Of a DNA stretch of 64,000 nucleotides, positions 9,108 through 20,241 are shown one piece after another. The notes beneath the pieces are model-generated. The model made no database searches. It was not told the DNA's origin and worked only from the letters and a program-made list of their open reading frames with translations. Both the position numbers and the translations under genes were made by a program. Source of the DNA: Candidatus Marinacidobacterium sp. (lineage in GTDB: Bacteria > Acidobacteriota > Vicinamibacteria > Marinacidobacterales > Marinacidobacteraceae); assembly GCA_965220965.1 (NCBI GenBank), contig OZ244852.1, forward strand, positions 2,208,001 through 2,272,000, given 5' to 3'. Numbering within the stretch: position 1 is the stretch's first letter; each line of letters begins with the position of its first letter.

Positions 9108-11480
9108 GTGGTGGGGGATTCCCGGCGCCGTTTCCGGTGTGGCCGCCGGTTTGCCGGCCTTGTCCTGGCGGTCACGCTGGCGGCGTTGCCCGCCGACGCC
9201 CAGGCCGCAACCACCCATCAGCAGGCGGAGGCGTCTCCGGGGTCGTCGCGCTCCGGGCAGGGCGGAGAGCCGCCCACCTTCGTGATCCGGGGCCCGGCGC
9301 CCCCGGACTCGCCGGAGATGGTCCGCCGCAACGACCGGGGTGAGGCCACGATGCGCGCGACGCGTCTCGAAGAGCCGTTCGAACTCGACGGACGGCTGGA
9401 TGAGGCGGCCTACGAACGGGTACCGGGGGTCAGCGACTTCATCCAGGCGCTGCCGCTCGAGGGGGAGCCCGCCACCGAGAAGACCGAGGTGTGGGTCTTC
9501 TACGACGACGACACCGTGTACATCGGCGCGCGCTGCTGGGACTCGGAGCCCGACCGGATGGTCGCGACCGAGATGCGCCGGGACCACTTCGGGATCTTCA
9601 ACAACGAGAACCTGGCGGTCATCTTCGACACGTTCTACGACCGCAGGAACGCCTTTTTCTTCTACCTGAACCCGCTCGGGGGCTTCTTCGACGGGCTGAT
9701 CGTGGACGAGCGGAACGTCAACCGGGACTGGAGCGCGGTGTGGGATTCCCGCGCGACCCGGTTCGACGGGGGCTGGACGCTCGAGATGGCCATCCCGTTC
9801 AAGACGCTGCGCTATCCCACCGGGGGAGAGCAGGTCTGGGGCATCAACTTCCGGCGGGTCGTGCGCTGGAAGAACGAGATCTCCTACCTCACGCGGGTGC
9901 CGGCGGCGCTCGGCCCGCGCGCCATCACCAAGGTGAGCTCCGCCGGGACCCTCGTCGGGCTGAACGCCCCCGCCAGTTCCCGGACCGTGGAAGTCAAGCC
10001 CTATGTGATCGGGGACTCGGCCGGGCTGCGGGGCGACGCCGCCGCGTTCGAACGCGACTACGGCGGGGATTTCGGCGTGGACGCCAAAGTCGGGATCACC
10101 TCCGGGCTCACCGCCGACCTGACCTGGAACACCGACTTCGCCCAGGTCGAGGCGGACGCCCAGCAGATCAACCTGACCCGGTTCAGCCTCTTCTTTCCGG
10201 AGAAGCGCGAGTTCTTTCTCGAGGGACAGGGCATCTTCGGGTTCGGGACATCGACCCGCGCCCCGCCGCAGGGGTCCACCCGCAGTTTCGGAGCGCCGAG
10301 CAGCACGCCGGTGCTGTTCTTCAGCCGGCGCATCGGCATCGAGGACGGGCAGTCGGTCCCCATCCTGGGGGGCGGCCGGGTCACCGGCAAGATGGGGGAC
10401 TACAACGTCGGGGCGCTCGCGATCCGCACCGGCGCGAACGACTCCACCGAAACGGGCGGGACGGACTTCGGCGTGCTCCGGCTGAAGCGCGACATCCTGA
10501 ACCGGAGCACGGTGGGCATGATCGGGACCTACCGCTCGGGGACCACGGCGGGAACCGGGCGGAACTACGCCTGGGGCGCGGACGCCCGGTTCGGCTTCTA
10601 CGACCACCTCGACATCCGCAGCTACGCCGCCTGGACCCGGAACGAGTTCGACACCTCGACCGGACTCAGCTATCTGGGCCAGCTCGACTACAACGCGGAC
10701 CGCTACGGGCTCCAGCTCGAGCGCCTCGTCGTCGGAGAGGGCTTCGACCCCGGGATCGGCTTCCTCCGCCGGGAGAACTTCCAGCGGAACTACGCCGAGG
10801 CCCGGTTCAGCCCCCGGCCCCACTCCATCGGCTGGCTGCGCAAGATCGGCGGGACCACCAGCCTGGACTACACGACGGACAACGACGGGAACCTGGAGAC
10901 GCAGATCTTCCAGGTTCGCAGCGATGTGGAACTGGAGAACGGGGACAACTTCAACCTCACGCTGGCGCGCAACCGGGAAGTGCTCCCCGAGGCCTTCGAG
11001 CTGAGCGACGAACTCGGGATTTCCGAGGGCGACTACGACTTCGACACGCTTCGGCTGAGCTGGCAGGCCGGACCGCAGCGGCCGATCTCCGGCAACTTCG
11101 CCTTCCAGCAGGGGGGGTTCTTCTCCGGGACGCGAAGCGAGTTCGCCTGGCGCGGCCGGGTCGAGGTCTCCTCGCGCTTCACCGTGGAGCCCACGCTCTC
11201 GCTCAACTGGATCGCCCTGCCCGAAGGCGACTACGACACCGGGCTGGTGGCGACGCGGGTGAACTACACGCTGTCTCCGCGCAGCTTCCTCGCCGCCTTC
11301 CTCCAGTACAACACCGCCGCCAACAGCCTGTCGACGAACATCCGCTTCCGCTGGGAGTACCAGCCGGGGAGCGACCTCTACCTCGTCTACAACTCGCTTC
11401 GGGACACGCTCGCGCCCGGATACCCGGAACTGGACTCGCAGTCCCTCATCGTCAAGTTCACCCGGCTGTTCCGGTTCTGA
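9108..11480 (+). CDS. DUF5916 domain protein, tandem paralogue
   Basis: Same motifs (NTDFAQVEAD..QINLTRFSLFFPEKREFFLEG, FFSRRIG) and identical C-terminus VKFTRLFRF. Confidence 0.88.
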   Translation: MVGDSRRRFRCGRRFAGLVLAVTLAALPADAQAATTHQQAEASPGSSRSGQGGEPPTFVIRGPAPPDSPEMVRRNDRGEATMRATRLEEPFELDGRLDEAAYERVPGVSDFIQALPLEGEPATEKTEVWVFYDDDTVYIGARCWDSEPDRMVATEMRRDHFGIFNNENLAVIFDTFYDRRNAFFFYLNPLGGFFDGLIVDERNVNRDWSAVWDSRATRFDGGWTLEMAIPFKTLRYPTGGEQVWGINFRRVVRWKNEISYLTRVPAALGPRAITKVSSAGTLVGLNAPASSRTVEVKPYVIGDSAGLRGDAAAFERDYGGDFGVDAKVGITSGLTADLTWNTDFAQVEADAQQINLTRFSLFFPEKREFFLEGQGIFGFGTSTRAPPQGSTRSFGAPSSTPVLFFSRRIGIEDGQSVPILGGGRVTGKMGDYNVGALAIRTGANDSTETGGTDFGVLRLKRDILNRSTVGMIGTYRSGTTAGTGRNYAWGADARFGFYDHLDIRSYAAWTRNEFDTSTGLSYLGQLDYNADRYGLQLERLVVGEGFDPGIGFLRRENFQRNYAEARFSPRPHSIGWLRKIGGTTSLDYTTDNDGNLETQIFQVRSDVELENGDNFNLTLARNREVLPEAFELSDELGISEGDYDFDTLRLSWQAGPQRPISGNFAFQQGGFFSGTRSEFAWRGRVEVSSRFTVEPTLSLNWIALPEGDYDTGLVATRVNYTLSPRSFLAAFLQYNTAANSLSTNIRFRWEYQPGSDLYLVYNSLRDTLAPGYPELDSQSLIVKFTRLFRF

Positions 11481-11496
11481 GGCCGACGACGAGCGG

Positions 11497-12486
11497 CTAT
11501 CCCGCGACGAACCCCCGGGCGATCTCTCCCAGCCAGGGTTCGATGTTCCGGTAGAGCGTGTTCCGGCAGTGGAAGCGGTAGAGGTAGGTCCGCCCGTCCA
11601 CGAAGTTGTAGACGACCCACTCGAGGTAGTCGGCGAGCTGGGTCTCGAGCGAATAGAGGACCGCGATCCCGCGGCCGTCGTCGAGGATCTCGTGGCGGAG
11701 CATCCGGTAGTTCTCCCCGAGCGACGCGGCTGATTCGCTGTAGAAGCCTTCGAGCGTCACGCCCGGTTCGGCCTGGCTGACGGTGACCTCGAGCGTCGCG
11801 TGGACGGTCGAGCCGTCGGCCTCCACCGCGAGCGGCCCGCTCCGGAATCCCACGAACAGGGTCTCATCCGCCTGCCGCAGAAAGTGGGAGCGGGTCCAGC
11901 TCTTCGGGGTGCGGAGCGAGAGGTTGAAGTCGGGCTCTTCGTAGAGGTCGAAGGTGTCCGACGACTCGATGGAGAACTCCTCGTAGAGCCGGTCGAGCGT
12001 CGGGCCGTACGCCTGGATGCTGCGCGCCTCTCCGGTCGTGAAGACCCCGTAGAGGAGGTCGTCCGACTCGACAAGCAGCAGGCGGCCGGCCTGCGGGCGC
12101 CGCTCCCAGGCGAAGGTCCAGAGCATGCCCTCGTCGTCGCCGTAGAGCACCGGCTCCTCCGACTCGACGATCTGCTCGCCGATGTAGAAGCGGTCGGCGA
12201 CCTCGCGCAGCGTCTGTCCCGAGGGCGCCGGCCCGGCCATCACCTGAACCTGGATGCCGTCGCGCTCGGGAACGTCCACCGACGGACCGCTGAACGTCGT
12301 CATGCGGTATCCGCCCTGCTGGGTGGACGCCGAGTTCCAGCCCTGCGGCAGCGGGAGCGAGACCTCGATGTCCGGCAGATAGACGGTGATCAGGGGCGGC
12401 TGGCCGGCGTACTGGCAGGAGAGCGCCGACAGCGCGAGCGCGGCCAACGGCGCCAGCGCCAGAGGCGCGCGAAGACTCCGGGCCAT
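11497..12486 (-). CDS. Putative lipoprotein with two PsbP/DcrB-like alpha-beta repeats
   Basis: Lipobox LSALSC. Two similar segments (VSLPLPQGW / LSLRTPKSW). Start uncertain. Confidence 0.6.
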   Translation of the reverse strand: MARSLRAPLALAPLAALALSALSCQYAGQPPLITVYLPDIEVSLPLPQGWNSASTQQGGYRMTTFSGPSVDVPERDGIQVQVMAGPAPSGQTLREVADRFYIGEQIVESEEPVLYGDDEGMLWTFAWERRPQAGRLLLVESDDLLYGVFTTGEARSIQAYGPTLDRLYEEFSIESSDTFDLYEEPDFNLSLRTPKSWTRSHFLRQADETLFVGFRSGPLAVEADGSTVHATLEVTVSQAEPGVTLEGFYSESAASLGENYRMLRHEILDDGRGIAVLYSLETQLADYLEWVVYNFVDGRTYLYRFHCRNTLYRNIEPWLGEIARGFVAG

Positions 12487-12517
12487 GGTCCGCACAGGGG
12501 TCCTCATCCACCGGCCG

Positions 12518-14005
12518 TCAATCCAGCCGGTAGTTCGGGGCCTCCTTGGTGACCACAACGTCATGGGCGTGTCCTTCCCGCTGCCCGGCGCCCGTCACCT
12601 GGACGAAGGCCGCCTCGGCCTGGAGTTCGGGGATCGAGCGACAACCGGCGTAACCCATCCCGGAGCGCAATCCTCCCACGAGCTGCTCGACCACGCCGGC
12701 GAGCGGACCCTTCGTCGGCACCCGGCCCTCGATCCCCTCGGGGACGAGCTTGGATCGCGGGCGCCCCGCCTGGTAGTAGCGATCGGCGTGCTCCCCGCTC
12801 ATGGCGCCGAGGGACCCCATGCCGCGGTAGCTCTTGAAGGTGCGGCCCTGGAAGAGGATCGTCTCCCCGGGGCTCTCGTCCGTGCCGGCGAGGAGGTTCC
12901 CCACCATGACGCAGTCGGCGCCGGCGGCGAGCGCCTTCACGATGTCGCCGCTGAAGCGGATTCCGCCGTCGGCCACCACCGGCACTTCCGCGGCCGGGCA
13001 GGACTGGCGAATCGCCGTGAACTGCGGCATGCCGGTTCCGGCCACCACGCGCGTGGTGCAGATGGAGCCGGGCCCCATCCCGACCTTGACGCCGTCGACG
13101 CCGGCGTCGCTCAGATCCCGCGCGGCCTCGGCGGTCGCGATGTTCCCCGCGACCACATCCACCGATTCGGGGAGTTCCTCGCGGAGCCGCCGCACGGTGT
13201 CCACTGCGGACCGGGTGTGGCCGTGGGCGGTGTCCACGACCACGGCGTCCACCTGGCGCTCGGCGAGCCGGTGGGCGCGGGCAATGGCGGCGTCCCCGAC
13301 CCCTACGGCGGCGGCGCAGCGGAGCCGTCCCAGCCGGTCCTTCGTCGCGTCGGGGTAGGTGCTCGCCTTCTGGATGTCCTTCACCGTCAGAAGGCCGGCG
13401 AGCGCGCCGTTCTCGTCAAGAACCGGCAGCTTCTCCACCCGGTGCTCGTGGAGGATCGCCTTGGCCTGTTCGAGCGTGGTGCCCAGAGGCGCGGTGTGGA
13501 GCGGCGCCCGGGTCATGAGCTCCGACACCAGGAGGTCGCCGCGGGTCTCGAAGCGGAGGTCCCGGCTCGTCAGGATGCCGACGAGCGCGCCCTCGCGGAC
13601 GACCGGCAGCCCCGAGATGCCGTGGCGCTCCATCAGGTCGAGGGCGTGGGAGACGGGGGCGTCCGGCGCCACGGTGACCGGGTCCACGACCATGCCGCTC
13701 TCGGAGCGCTTCACCTTGGCCACTTCGGCCGCCTGTTCCTCGACCGTGAGGTTCCGGTGAATGACCCCGATGCCGCCAAGCTGCGCGAGGGCGATCGCGA
13801 GGCGCGCCTCGGTGACGGTGTCCATGGCGGCGCTGACCACGGGAACGCGGAGCCGGATCCGGCGGCTGAAGCTCGTCTCCACGTTCGCGTCCGCCGGCAG
13901 GACCTCCGAGTAGCGGGGAACGAGCAGGACGTCGTCGAACGTCAGGGCGACCGGCGGATCCCCGGGCCCATGCCCGGCGCGCGTGACGGGAGCTTCGGAG
14001 GTCAT
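12518..14005 (-). CDS. guaB: IMP dehydrogenase
   Basis: [23 protein letters not shown] pair, catalytic [29 protein letters not shown] overlap with secA. Confidence 0.97.
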   Translation of the reverse strand: MTSEAPVTRAGHGPGDPPVALTFDDVLLVPRYSEVLPADANVETSFSRRIRLRVPVVSAAMDTVTEARLAIALAQLGGIGVIHRNLTVEEQAAEVAKVKRSESGMVVDPVTVAPDAPVSHALDLMERHGISGLPVVREGALVGILTSRDLRFETRGDLLVSELMTRAPLHTAPLGTTLEQAKAILHEHRVEKLPVLDENGALAGLLTVKDIQKASTYPDATKDRLGRLRCAAAVGVGDAAIARAHRLAERQVDAVVVDTAHGHTRSAVDTVRRLREELPESVDVVAGNIATAEAARDLSDAGVDGVKVGMGPGSICTTRVVAGTGMPQFTAIRQSCPAAEVPVVADGGIRFSGDIVKALAAGADCVMVGNLLAGTDESPGETILFQGRTFKSYRGMGSLGAMSGEHADRYYQAGRPRSKLVPEGIEGRVPTKGPLAGVVEQLVGGLRSGMGYAGCRSIPELQAEAAFVQVTGAGQREGHAHDVVVTKEAPNYRLD

Positions 14006-16755
14006 GCCGAGAGCAGACAGCACCTCTTGTACTTCTTCCCGCTCCCGCACGGACACGGGTCGTTCCGGCCGACCTTGGCCTTGCCGCTCTTCACCGCCAT
14101 GACGCGGGGCTGCCGGGCCGCCGGACGGGCGGCGAGGGGGGCCGCGGCTCGGGACCGCGCAAGCGCGCCGGGCCCGGAGGCGATCGCCGGCGCCCCGGCC
14201 TGGCGCGTGCGCGCCGCCGCCGGTTCGTTGCTGACGGCGCGCAGCACGAACAGGAAGCGGACGATGTCCCTCTCGATCCGGTCCCACATCTCCTCGAACA
14301 GCGCGAAGGACTCCTTCTTGTATTCGATGAGCGGGTTGCGCTGCCCGTAGCCGCGGAGCCCGATCCCCTGCTTCAGGTGATCCATCGCGTGGAGGTGGTC
14401 CTTCCACTGCGAGTCCACGATGTGGAGCATGATGTAGCGCTCCTGGCGCCGCATCATCTCGGGCCCGATCTCCTCCTCCTTCTCGGCGTAGCGCGCCGGC
14501 AGCGCTTCTCCGAGAAGCGCCAGGACCTCGTCGCGGCCGAGCTGATCGAACGCGGTCCCGTCGGCCGCCGCCGGCGTGAACCCGTACTGCCCGCGAAGCG
14601 CCTCCTGGAGGGCCGGGTAGTCCCAGTCGTCCGGATCCTGCTCCTTCGACAGCCACTGGTCCACCATCCCCTCGCCGATGAGCGACGCCAGATCCAGCAC
14701 GTAGGCGCGCTGGTCCTCCCCTTCGAGGATGCGGCGCCGCAATCCGTAGACGGCGACGCGCTGCTTGTTCATGACGTCGTCGTACTCGAGCAGGTGCTTG
14801 CGGTAGGAGAAGTTCTGGGCCTCGACCTGTTTCTGCGCCCGCTCGATGGCGCGGGTGACCATCCCGGCCTCCACCGGAACGCCCTCCTCCATGCCGAGCC
14901 GCTGCATCAGGCCGCTCATGCGGTCGCTGCCGAAGATCCGCATCAGGTCGTCTTCGAGCGAGAGGAAGAACCGGGAGCTCCCGGGGTCGCCCTGCCGTCC
15001 GGCGCGTCCGCGCAACTGGTTGTCGATCCGCCGCGCCTCGTGGCGCTCGGTGCCGACGATGTGGAGGCCCCCGAGCCCGACGACCTCGTCATGGGCCGCC
15101 CGGGTTCGTTCGCGCGCGGCCGACACCGCGGCCTCCCAGACCTCTCCGGGGGCCTCGGTCCATTCCACCCCCTGCTTGCGCAGATCGGCCTTCGCGAGCT
15201 CGTCGGCGTTGCCGCCGAGGATGATGTCGGTGCCCCGACCGGCCATGTTCGTGGCGATCGTGACGGAGCCGCTGACGCCGGCCTGGGCCACGATTTCGGC
15301 TTCCCGCTGGTGGTACTTGGCGTTCAGCACCACGTGGGGCACGCGCTGGCGCTTCAGGAGCCGGGAGAGCCGTTCGCTCTTCTCGATCGAGGTCGTTCCC
15401 ACCAGGATCGGGCGGCCCGCCTGCTGCTCGGCGGCGATCTCCTCGGCGATCGCGTTCAGCTTCTCGCGTTCGGTCCGGTAGACCACATCGGCGTGCTCGA
15501 CGCGCACCAGGGCGCGGTTCGTCGGGATCGGCACGACCTCGAGCTCGTAGATCTTCTCGAACTCGGCGGCCTCCGTTTCCGCGGTGCCGGTCATCCCGCT
15601 GAGCTTCCGGTACATCCGGAAGTAGTTCTGGAACGTGATCGTCGCGAGCGTCTGGTTCTCGCGCTCGATCTTCACGTTCTCCTTGGCCTCGACCGCCTGA
15701 TGGAGACCGTCGGACCAGCGCCGGCCGGGCATGAGCCGGCCGGTGAACTCGTCCACGATCACGACCTTCCCGTCCTTGATCGTGTAGTCCTTCTCGCGCT
15801 TGTAGAGCGCGTGCGCCCTCAGCGCCTGCGTGAGGTGGTGGAGCAGGGTCATCTGCTCCGGGTCGTAGAGGTTCTCCACGTGGAGAAGCTCCTCGGCGCG
15901 GGGAACCCCTTCCTCGGTCAGGGTCACGGTCCGGGACTTCTCGTCCACGGCGTAGTGGAGGTCGCGGCGGAGGTTCGGGATGATCCGGTCCACCGCGTAG
16001 TAGAGCTCGGTCGAAGCCTCGGCGGGCCCGCTGATGATGAGCGGGGTCCGGGCCTCGTCGATGAGGATGGAGTCCACCTCGTCCACGATCGCGAAGTGGA
16101 AGAGTTTCTCGACTTCCTTCCCGTCGCTGTCGCGCTCCACCGAAGGGAACATCCGGTGGACGAAACTCTCCGCCGAGAACTTCATGTTGTCCCGGAGGTA
16201 GTCGAAGCCGAACTCGTTGTTCGTGCCGTAGGTGATGTCGGCGGCGTAGGCCTGACGCCGCGCGTCGTCGCTCAGGTCGTGCTGGATGACGCCGACCTCG
16301 AGCCCGAGAAACCGGTAGACCCGGCCCATCCAGTCCGAATCCCGGCGCGCCAGGTAGTCGTTCACCGTGACCACGTGGACGCCCTTGCCCGAGAGCGCGT
16401 TCAGGACGGCCGCGAGAGTGGCCACCAGGGTCTTCCCCTCGCCGGTCTTCATCTCGGCGATGCGGCCCCGGTGGAGGACGGCGCCGCCGAGGAGCTGCAC
16501 ATCGAAGTGCCGCATCCCGAGGGTGCGGCGGGCGGCTTCGCGGGTGACGGCGAAGACCTCGGGCATGAGGTCCTCGAGGGATTCCCCGGTGTCGGCGCGA
16601 CCCCGAAGCGCCCCCAGACGGCCGCGGAGCCCAACGTCGTCGAGCGCCTTCATTTCGGGCTCGAGCGCCCCGACGGCGGCCACCAGCGGCTGAAGCCGCT
16701 TCAGTTCCCGCTCGGACTTCTTGCCGACGATCTTCGTGAGAACGCTCTGGAACAC
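14002..16755 (-). CDS. secA: Preprotein translocase subunit SecA
   Basis: [38 protein letters not shown]-terminal [22 protein letters not shown]. Confidence 0.98.
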   Translation of the reverse strand: MFQSVLTKIVGKKSERELKRLQPLVAAVGALEPEMKALDDVGLRGRLGALRGRADTGESLEDLMPEVFAVTREAARRTLGMRHFDVQLLGGAVLHRGRIAEMKTGEGKTLVATLAAVLNALSGKGVHVVTVNDYLARRDSDWMGRVYRFLGLEVGVIQHDLSDDARRQAYAADITYGTNNEFGFDYLRDNMKFSAESFVHRMFPSVERDSDGKEVEKLFHFAIVDEVDSILIDEARTPLIISGPAEASTELYYAVDRIIPNLRRDLHYAVDEKSRTVTLTEEGVPRAEELLHVENLYDPEQMTLLHHLTQALRAHALYKREKDYTIKDGKVVIVDEFTGRLMPGRRWSDGLHQAVEAKENVKIERENQTLATITFQNYFRMYRKLSGMTGTAETEAAEFEKIYELEVVPIPTNRALVRVEHADVVYRTEREKLNAIAEEIAAEQQAGRPILVGTTSIEKSERLSRLLKRQRVPHVVLNAKYHQREAEIVAQAGVSGSVTIATNMAGRGTDIILGGNADELAKADLRKQGVEWTEAPGEVWEAAVSAARERTRAAHDEVVGLGGLHIVGTERHEARRIDNQLRGRAGRQGDPGSSRFFLSLEDDLMRIFGSDRMSGLMQRLGMEEGVPVEAGMVTRAIERAQKQVEAQNFSYRKHLLEYDDVMNKQRVAVYGLRRRILEGEDQRAYVLDLASLIGEGMVDQWLSKEQDPDDWDYPALQEALRGQYGFTPAAADGTAFDQLGRDEVLALLGEALPARYAEKEEEIGPEMMRRQERYIMLHIVDSQWKDHLHAMDHLKQGIGLRGYGQRNPLIEYKKESFALFEEMWDRIERDIVRFLFVLRAVSNEPAAARTRQAGAPAIASGPGALARSRAAAPLAARPAARQPRVMAVKSGKAKVGRNDPCPCGSGKKYKRCCLLSA

Positions 16756-16809
16756 GGGTACGCCGGCTGAAGTGGAATGGTAGCGCCGCCCCGGGAACCG
16801 GAACTCAGC

Positions 16810-16832
16810 GCCGCTCCGGAGGGCGGAGCGGC
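16810..16832. terminator. GC-rich hairpin between the M23 peptidase gene and secA
   Basis: gccgctccg-gaggg-cggagcggc is a perfect 9-bp stem, but there is no U-tract. Confidence 0.3.
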
Positions 16833-16879
16833 CAGGGGCTCATGGGCCCCCACGCGTAACGCGCGGTTCGAGCGGTGGA

Positions 16880-17794
16880 CTACCGGGAGTAATCGACGAT
16901 GAAATCGAGGGGGTTCTGCGAGCGTTCGTCGACCCAGACTTCGTAGTGGAGGTGAGGAGACCGGCTGCGGCCAGTGTTGCCGACCTCGCCGACGTGAGCT
17001 CCGCGCAGAAGGCGCTGGCTGCGCCGAACGAGGGTCCGCGACAGGTGCGCGTAGCGGGTCACCCGGCCAAACCCGTGGGAGACGACCACGAACCTGCCGA
17101 AGGTGGAGGAGTTGCCGACGTCGATCACCACGCCATCGGCGGTCACCCGGACGGGAGTGCCGGTGTCGGCCGAGATGTCGATCCCGTAGTGGGGCGCGAT
17201 CTCCCCGGTGAACGGGTCGGCGCGGGATCCATACCCGGAAGAGAGGTAACCGCGCACCGGCCAGATCGAGGGGGTTGACGCCATGAGCCGGCTCTTGTCC
17301 CGCATGACCCGCTCAAGCGCGACGCCCTGGCGGTCCAGCGCCGCCATGCGGCCGGAGAGGTCCTCGAGGCGCCGCGCGACGTAGTCGTAGCCGCTGGCCC
17401 CGTTGGCGCCGCCGCCGAGGCCGGCCATGCGGGGAGCGACCGGTTCGGCCCCCGCGAGCACCGCGAGTCGCCGCATCTGGACTTCGAGATCCTCGATCCG
17501 CGCAGCCATCCGCTCGGTGTCCCGGGCGTAACCACGGTTCAGTTCGCGCAGCGAGGACCGCTCCTCGAGCAGCTCCCGGGCGCCCGGACCGGCGCGCAGA
17601 ACCAGCCAGGCGTAGTGCCCGCCAAGCGTCAGACCGACAAGCGCCACCACGGCGAAGAACGCCTTGAACACAGGCGTGATCCGCAGTTCGACGGGAGCGT
17701 TCCGGGGGCTTCCGAGGAAGACGATCCGGGCTCCGCCGGAGCGGAAGAACCGTCGGAAAGCGCCCCCCCGGGAGGCGAGTCTACGCCGTGACAT
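16880..17794 (-). CDS. M23 family metallopeptidase with N-terminal TM and coiled coil
   Basis: TPSIWPVRG.LSSGYG.R.DPF, HYGIDI, TRYAHL, HLHYEV. Confidence 0.93.
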   Translation of the reverse strand: MSRRRLASRGGAFRRFFRSGGARIVFLGSPRNAPVELRITPVFKAFFAVVALVGLTLGGHYAWLVLRAGPGARELLEERSSLRELNRGYARDTERMAARIEDLEVQMRRLAVLAGAEPVAPRMAGLGGGANGASGYDYVARRLEDLSGRMAALDRQGVALERVMRDKSRLMASTPSIWPVRGYLSSGYGSRADPFTGEIAPHYGIDISADTGTPVRVTADGVVIDVGNSSTFGRFVVVSHGFGRVTRYAHLSRTLVRRSQRLLRGAHVGEVGNTGRSRSPHLHYEVWVDERSQNPLDFIVDYSR

Positions 17795-17833
17795 GGACTT
17801 AGGTCAGATTATCCCTCGATTTCGGGCGTCGGA

Positions 17834-18289
17834 TCAAATCCGTCCGGAGTCCGGGGGCTCCGGAAGAGCCGCTCCCTGCCCGGTCTCCGCCCGAAGCTGG
17901 AGCCGCGGAAGGTCCTCCGGGCCCCAGTCGGCGGCCCTTCCGGCGCGGGCCAGACGAACCTTCCGCAGAGCCGAGCCCGCCGGCGCCGAAAGCGTCTCCG
18001 GAACGATCCACAGACCCTCGCCGACCTCGATTCCGGACGGGGAAGGCGTCCGGGCCAGCGCATCCAGACCAGCCGCGAGGAGGCTTTCCGCGCCGGGGAG
18101 GTTCGAGGTCTGAAGGTGATACATCCCGGCGGCCACCTTGACGAGCGCCTGGAGTCGACGCCGCCTCGGACCCCGAGCGTCGGCCCACGCCTCCTCGAGC
18201 ACGTCGTGGGCTTCGTAGTACCGGCGGTCGTTGAACAGCCGCGCCGCTTCGCGGACCCGCTCGCCAGGCGCGGGTTCCGGCGGCGGCAT
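17834..18289 (-). CDS. DUF309 domain protein
   Basis: LFNDRRYYEAHDVLEEAW...LQALVKVAAGMYH. TAGGAT lies 6 nt upstream of the ATG. Confidence 0.85.
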   Translation of the reverse strand: MPPPEPAPGERVREAARLFNDRRYYEAHDVLEEAWADARGPRRRRLQALVKVAAGMYHLQTSNLPGAESLLAAGLDALARTPSPSGIEVGEGLWIVPETLSAPAGSALRKVRLARAGRAADWGPEDLPRLQLRAETGQGAALPEPPDSGRI

Positions 18290-18368
18290 GGCGCGATCCT
18301 AAGACCGGACGCCGCGACCCATCGCCGCCGCTCTGGCCGGTTTCGTGGGAACGGGCGGCTCCCGGGCA

Positions 18369-20060
18369 TCAGGGGGCCACGAGCGAGGCCGTCTTCCCAA
18401 GGACGGTCGGCGTTCCGGTCGGAGGCTCCCGGAACTGAAGGGCCTCCTCGAAGTGCGCCGGAAGCACCTCGTCGGCTTCGGCGAGGTCAGCGATCGTCCG
18501 CGCCACCCGGAACCCGCGGGTGACGCCGCGCGCCGACATCCCGAGGCCGTCCATCGCCCATCCCACCAGCGAGCGGAAGGGCGCCATCCTCCGGCACGCC
18601 TCGCGCACCTGGCGGACACCGACCAACCGTTGCGCCTCGTCGCTGGCGAGCCGCCGATCGCGCCGCTCGCGGGCCTGGAGGACGCGCTCCCGGACAAGGG
18701 CGGTGGTTTCGCCCGCCTGGTCGCCGAGCACCTGACGCGACGTCACCGGCCGGACCGTCAGGTGAATGTCGATCCGGTCGAGGAGCGGCCCGGAGATCCG
18801 GGCGCGGTAGCGCGCCACCGCGGCCGGGGGGCAGGCGCAGGGGCGCCCGCCTTCGCCGTGGAAGCCGCAGGGACAGGGGTTCATCGCCGCGACGAACTGG
18901 AAGTCGGCCGGAAAGCGGACCGACTGACGCGCGCGTCCCACATGGATCTCCCGGTTTTCGAGCGGCTGGCGAAGGCACTCGAGGACCGGCCGCTGGAACT
19001 CCGGGAGTTCGTCCAGGAAGAGGACCCCCCGGTGGGCGAGCGTCAGCTCGCCGGGAGTCGGGCCCGGTCCACCGCCAGCCATCCCGGCGTAGGAGATCGT
19101 GTGATGCGGGGCGCGAAACGGCGGAGAGAGCGGGCAGGCGGGCGGTGGAGCTCCGACCGCGGACCGGATCCGGGCCACGTCCATCGCCTCGGACGGCTTG
19201 AGCGGCGGCAACAGGTCGGGCAGGACGCCGACGAGCAGCGTCTTCCCGCTCCCCGGCGGCCCGGTGAAGAGGAGGTTGTGCCGGCCGGCGGCGGCGATCT
19301 CCAGCGCCCGGCGGGCGCGCGGCTGACCCCGGACTTCCGAAAAGTCCGTTCTGGCGCGCGAACGGGAGCGTCGCGGGGGCTGCGCGCGGTGAGGCTCCGG
19401 GAGCTCGTCGAGCGTGAGGAGGTCGAGCGCCGCCTGCAGGCTCTCCACCGGATAGACGCTGATCCCGTCGGCGAGGGCGGCCTCGTCGGCGTTGTCCGGG
19501 GGGACCAGCGCGATCTCGTACGCCGCGGCGGCGGCCTCCCACGCGATCGGGAGCGCGCCGCGCACTCCGCGGATGGAGCCATCGAGCGCGAGCTCCCCCA
19601 GCAGGAGCGCGCTGCCCAGCCGTCGGCCGCCGATCCGGTGAGCGGCGTCGAGAAGGCCGAGCGCGACGGCGAGGTCGAACCCGGAGCCCTCCTTGCGGAT
19701 GCCGGCGGGGGCGAGATTCACGATGATGTGGGCCCGAGGCAGCCCGAAGCCGGTATTCCGGAGCGCCGCCAGGACGCGCTGCTGCGACTCGCGGATGACG
19801 GCGTCGGGGAGGCCGACGGTGCGGAAGCTGGAATCCCGGTCGGAGGACTCCATGAAGTCGACTTCGACGCGAACCAGCAGGCCGTTCACGCCCCGCACGG
19901 TTCCGGTGCGCGTCACCGCCAGTCGGCGGCCCGGGTCGCCGCCCACCCCGGTGGACGGCTTCGCCGGGGACCTGTCCGCCCCTCCATCCGGCGGAGGTCG
20001 GGAGGGAACGACGCCGCCGGAGAGGTCGGGAACGGACGGCGGGAGGGAGGGGGCTGCCAT
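18369..20060 (-). CDS. YifB/ComM family Mg-chelatase-like AAA+ ATPase
   Basis: VGLPDAVIRES, VNLAPAGIRKEGSGFDL, GPPGSGKT, FRAPHHT, LAHRGVLFLDE, MNPCPCG, SGPLLDRID. True start may be near 19.92 kb. Confidence 0.93.
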   Translation of the reverse strand: MAAPSLPPSVPDLSGGVVPSRPPPDGGADRSPAKPSTGVGGDPGRRLAVTRTGTVRGVNGLLVRVEVDFMESSDRDSSFRTVGLPDAVIRESQQRVLAALRNTGFGLPRAHIIVNLAPAGIRKEGSGFDLAVALGLLDAAHRIGGRRLGSALLLGELALDGSIRGVRGALPIAWEAAAAAYEIALVPPDNADEAALADGISVYPVESLQAALDLLTLDELPEPHRAQPPRRSRSRARTDFSEVRGQPRARRALEIAAAGRHNLLFTGPPGSGKTLLVGVLPDLLPPLKPSEAMDVARIRSAVGAPPPACPLSPPFRAPHHTISYAGMAGGGPGPTPGELTLAHRGVLFLDELPEFQRPVLECLRQPLENREIHVGRARQSVRFPADFQFVAAMNPCPCGFHGEGGRPCACPPAAVARYRARISGPLLDRIDIHLTVRPVTSRQVLGDQAGETTALVRERVLQARERRDRRLASDEAQRLVGVRQVREACRRMAPFRSLVGWAMDGLGMSARGVTRGFRVARTIADLAEADEVLPAHFEEALQFREPPTGTPTVLGKTASLVAP

Positions 20061-20241
20061 ACCCGACTCCGACGAATCCCCGGGGGGGTTTCGTGGCGCC
20101 GGCCGATCGGCTGTCGAGAACGCGGGGCGTCACGGGACGCAGAACGGCCAGGCCCCCGCGCGCCGCGGCGCCCGGCGCCGTTACGATTCGGGGTCCCGCT
20201 CACGGAGCTCTCAGGGCTCCATCCTCCCGGGCTCCCGCTTC

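Noticed and set aside
14377-16770. Long antisense ORFs opposite real genes (e.g. 14377..16770, 4093..6159, 6010..8685, 50269..52716, 59819..62566)
   Set aside because: Shadow ORFs expected at about 70% GC. They have no recognisable motifs and their composition mirrors the sense-strand codon bias.
16760-16880. tRNA or ncRNA in the secA upstream region
   Set aside because: It contains a GGTTCGA-like heptamer and hairpins, but no cloverleaf or acceptor stem could be built.
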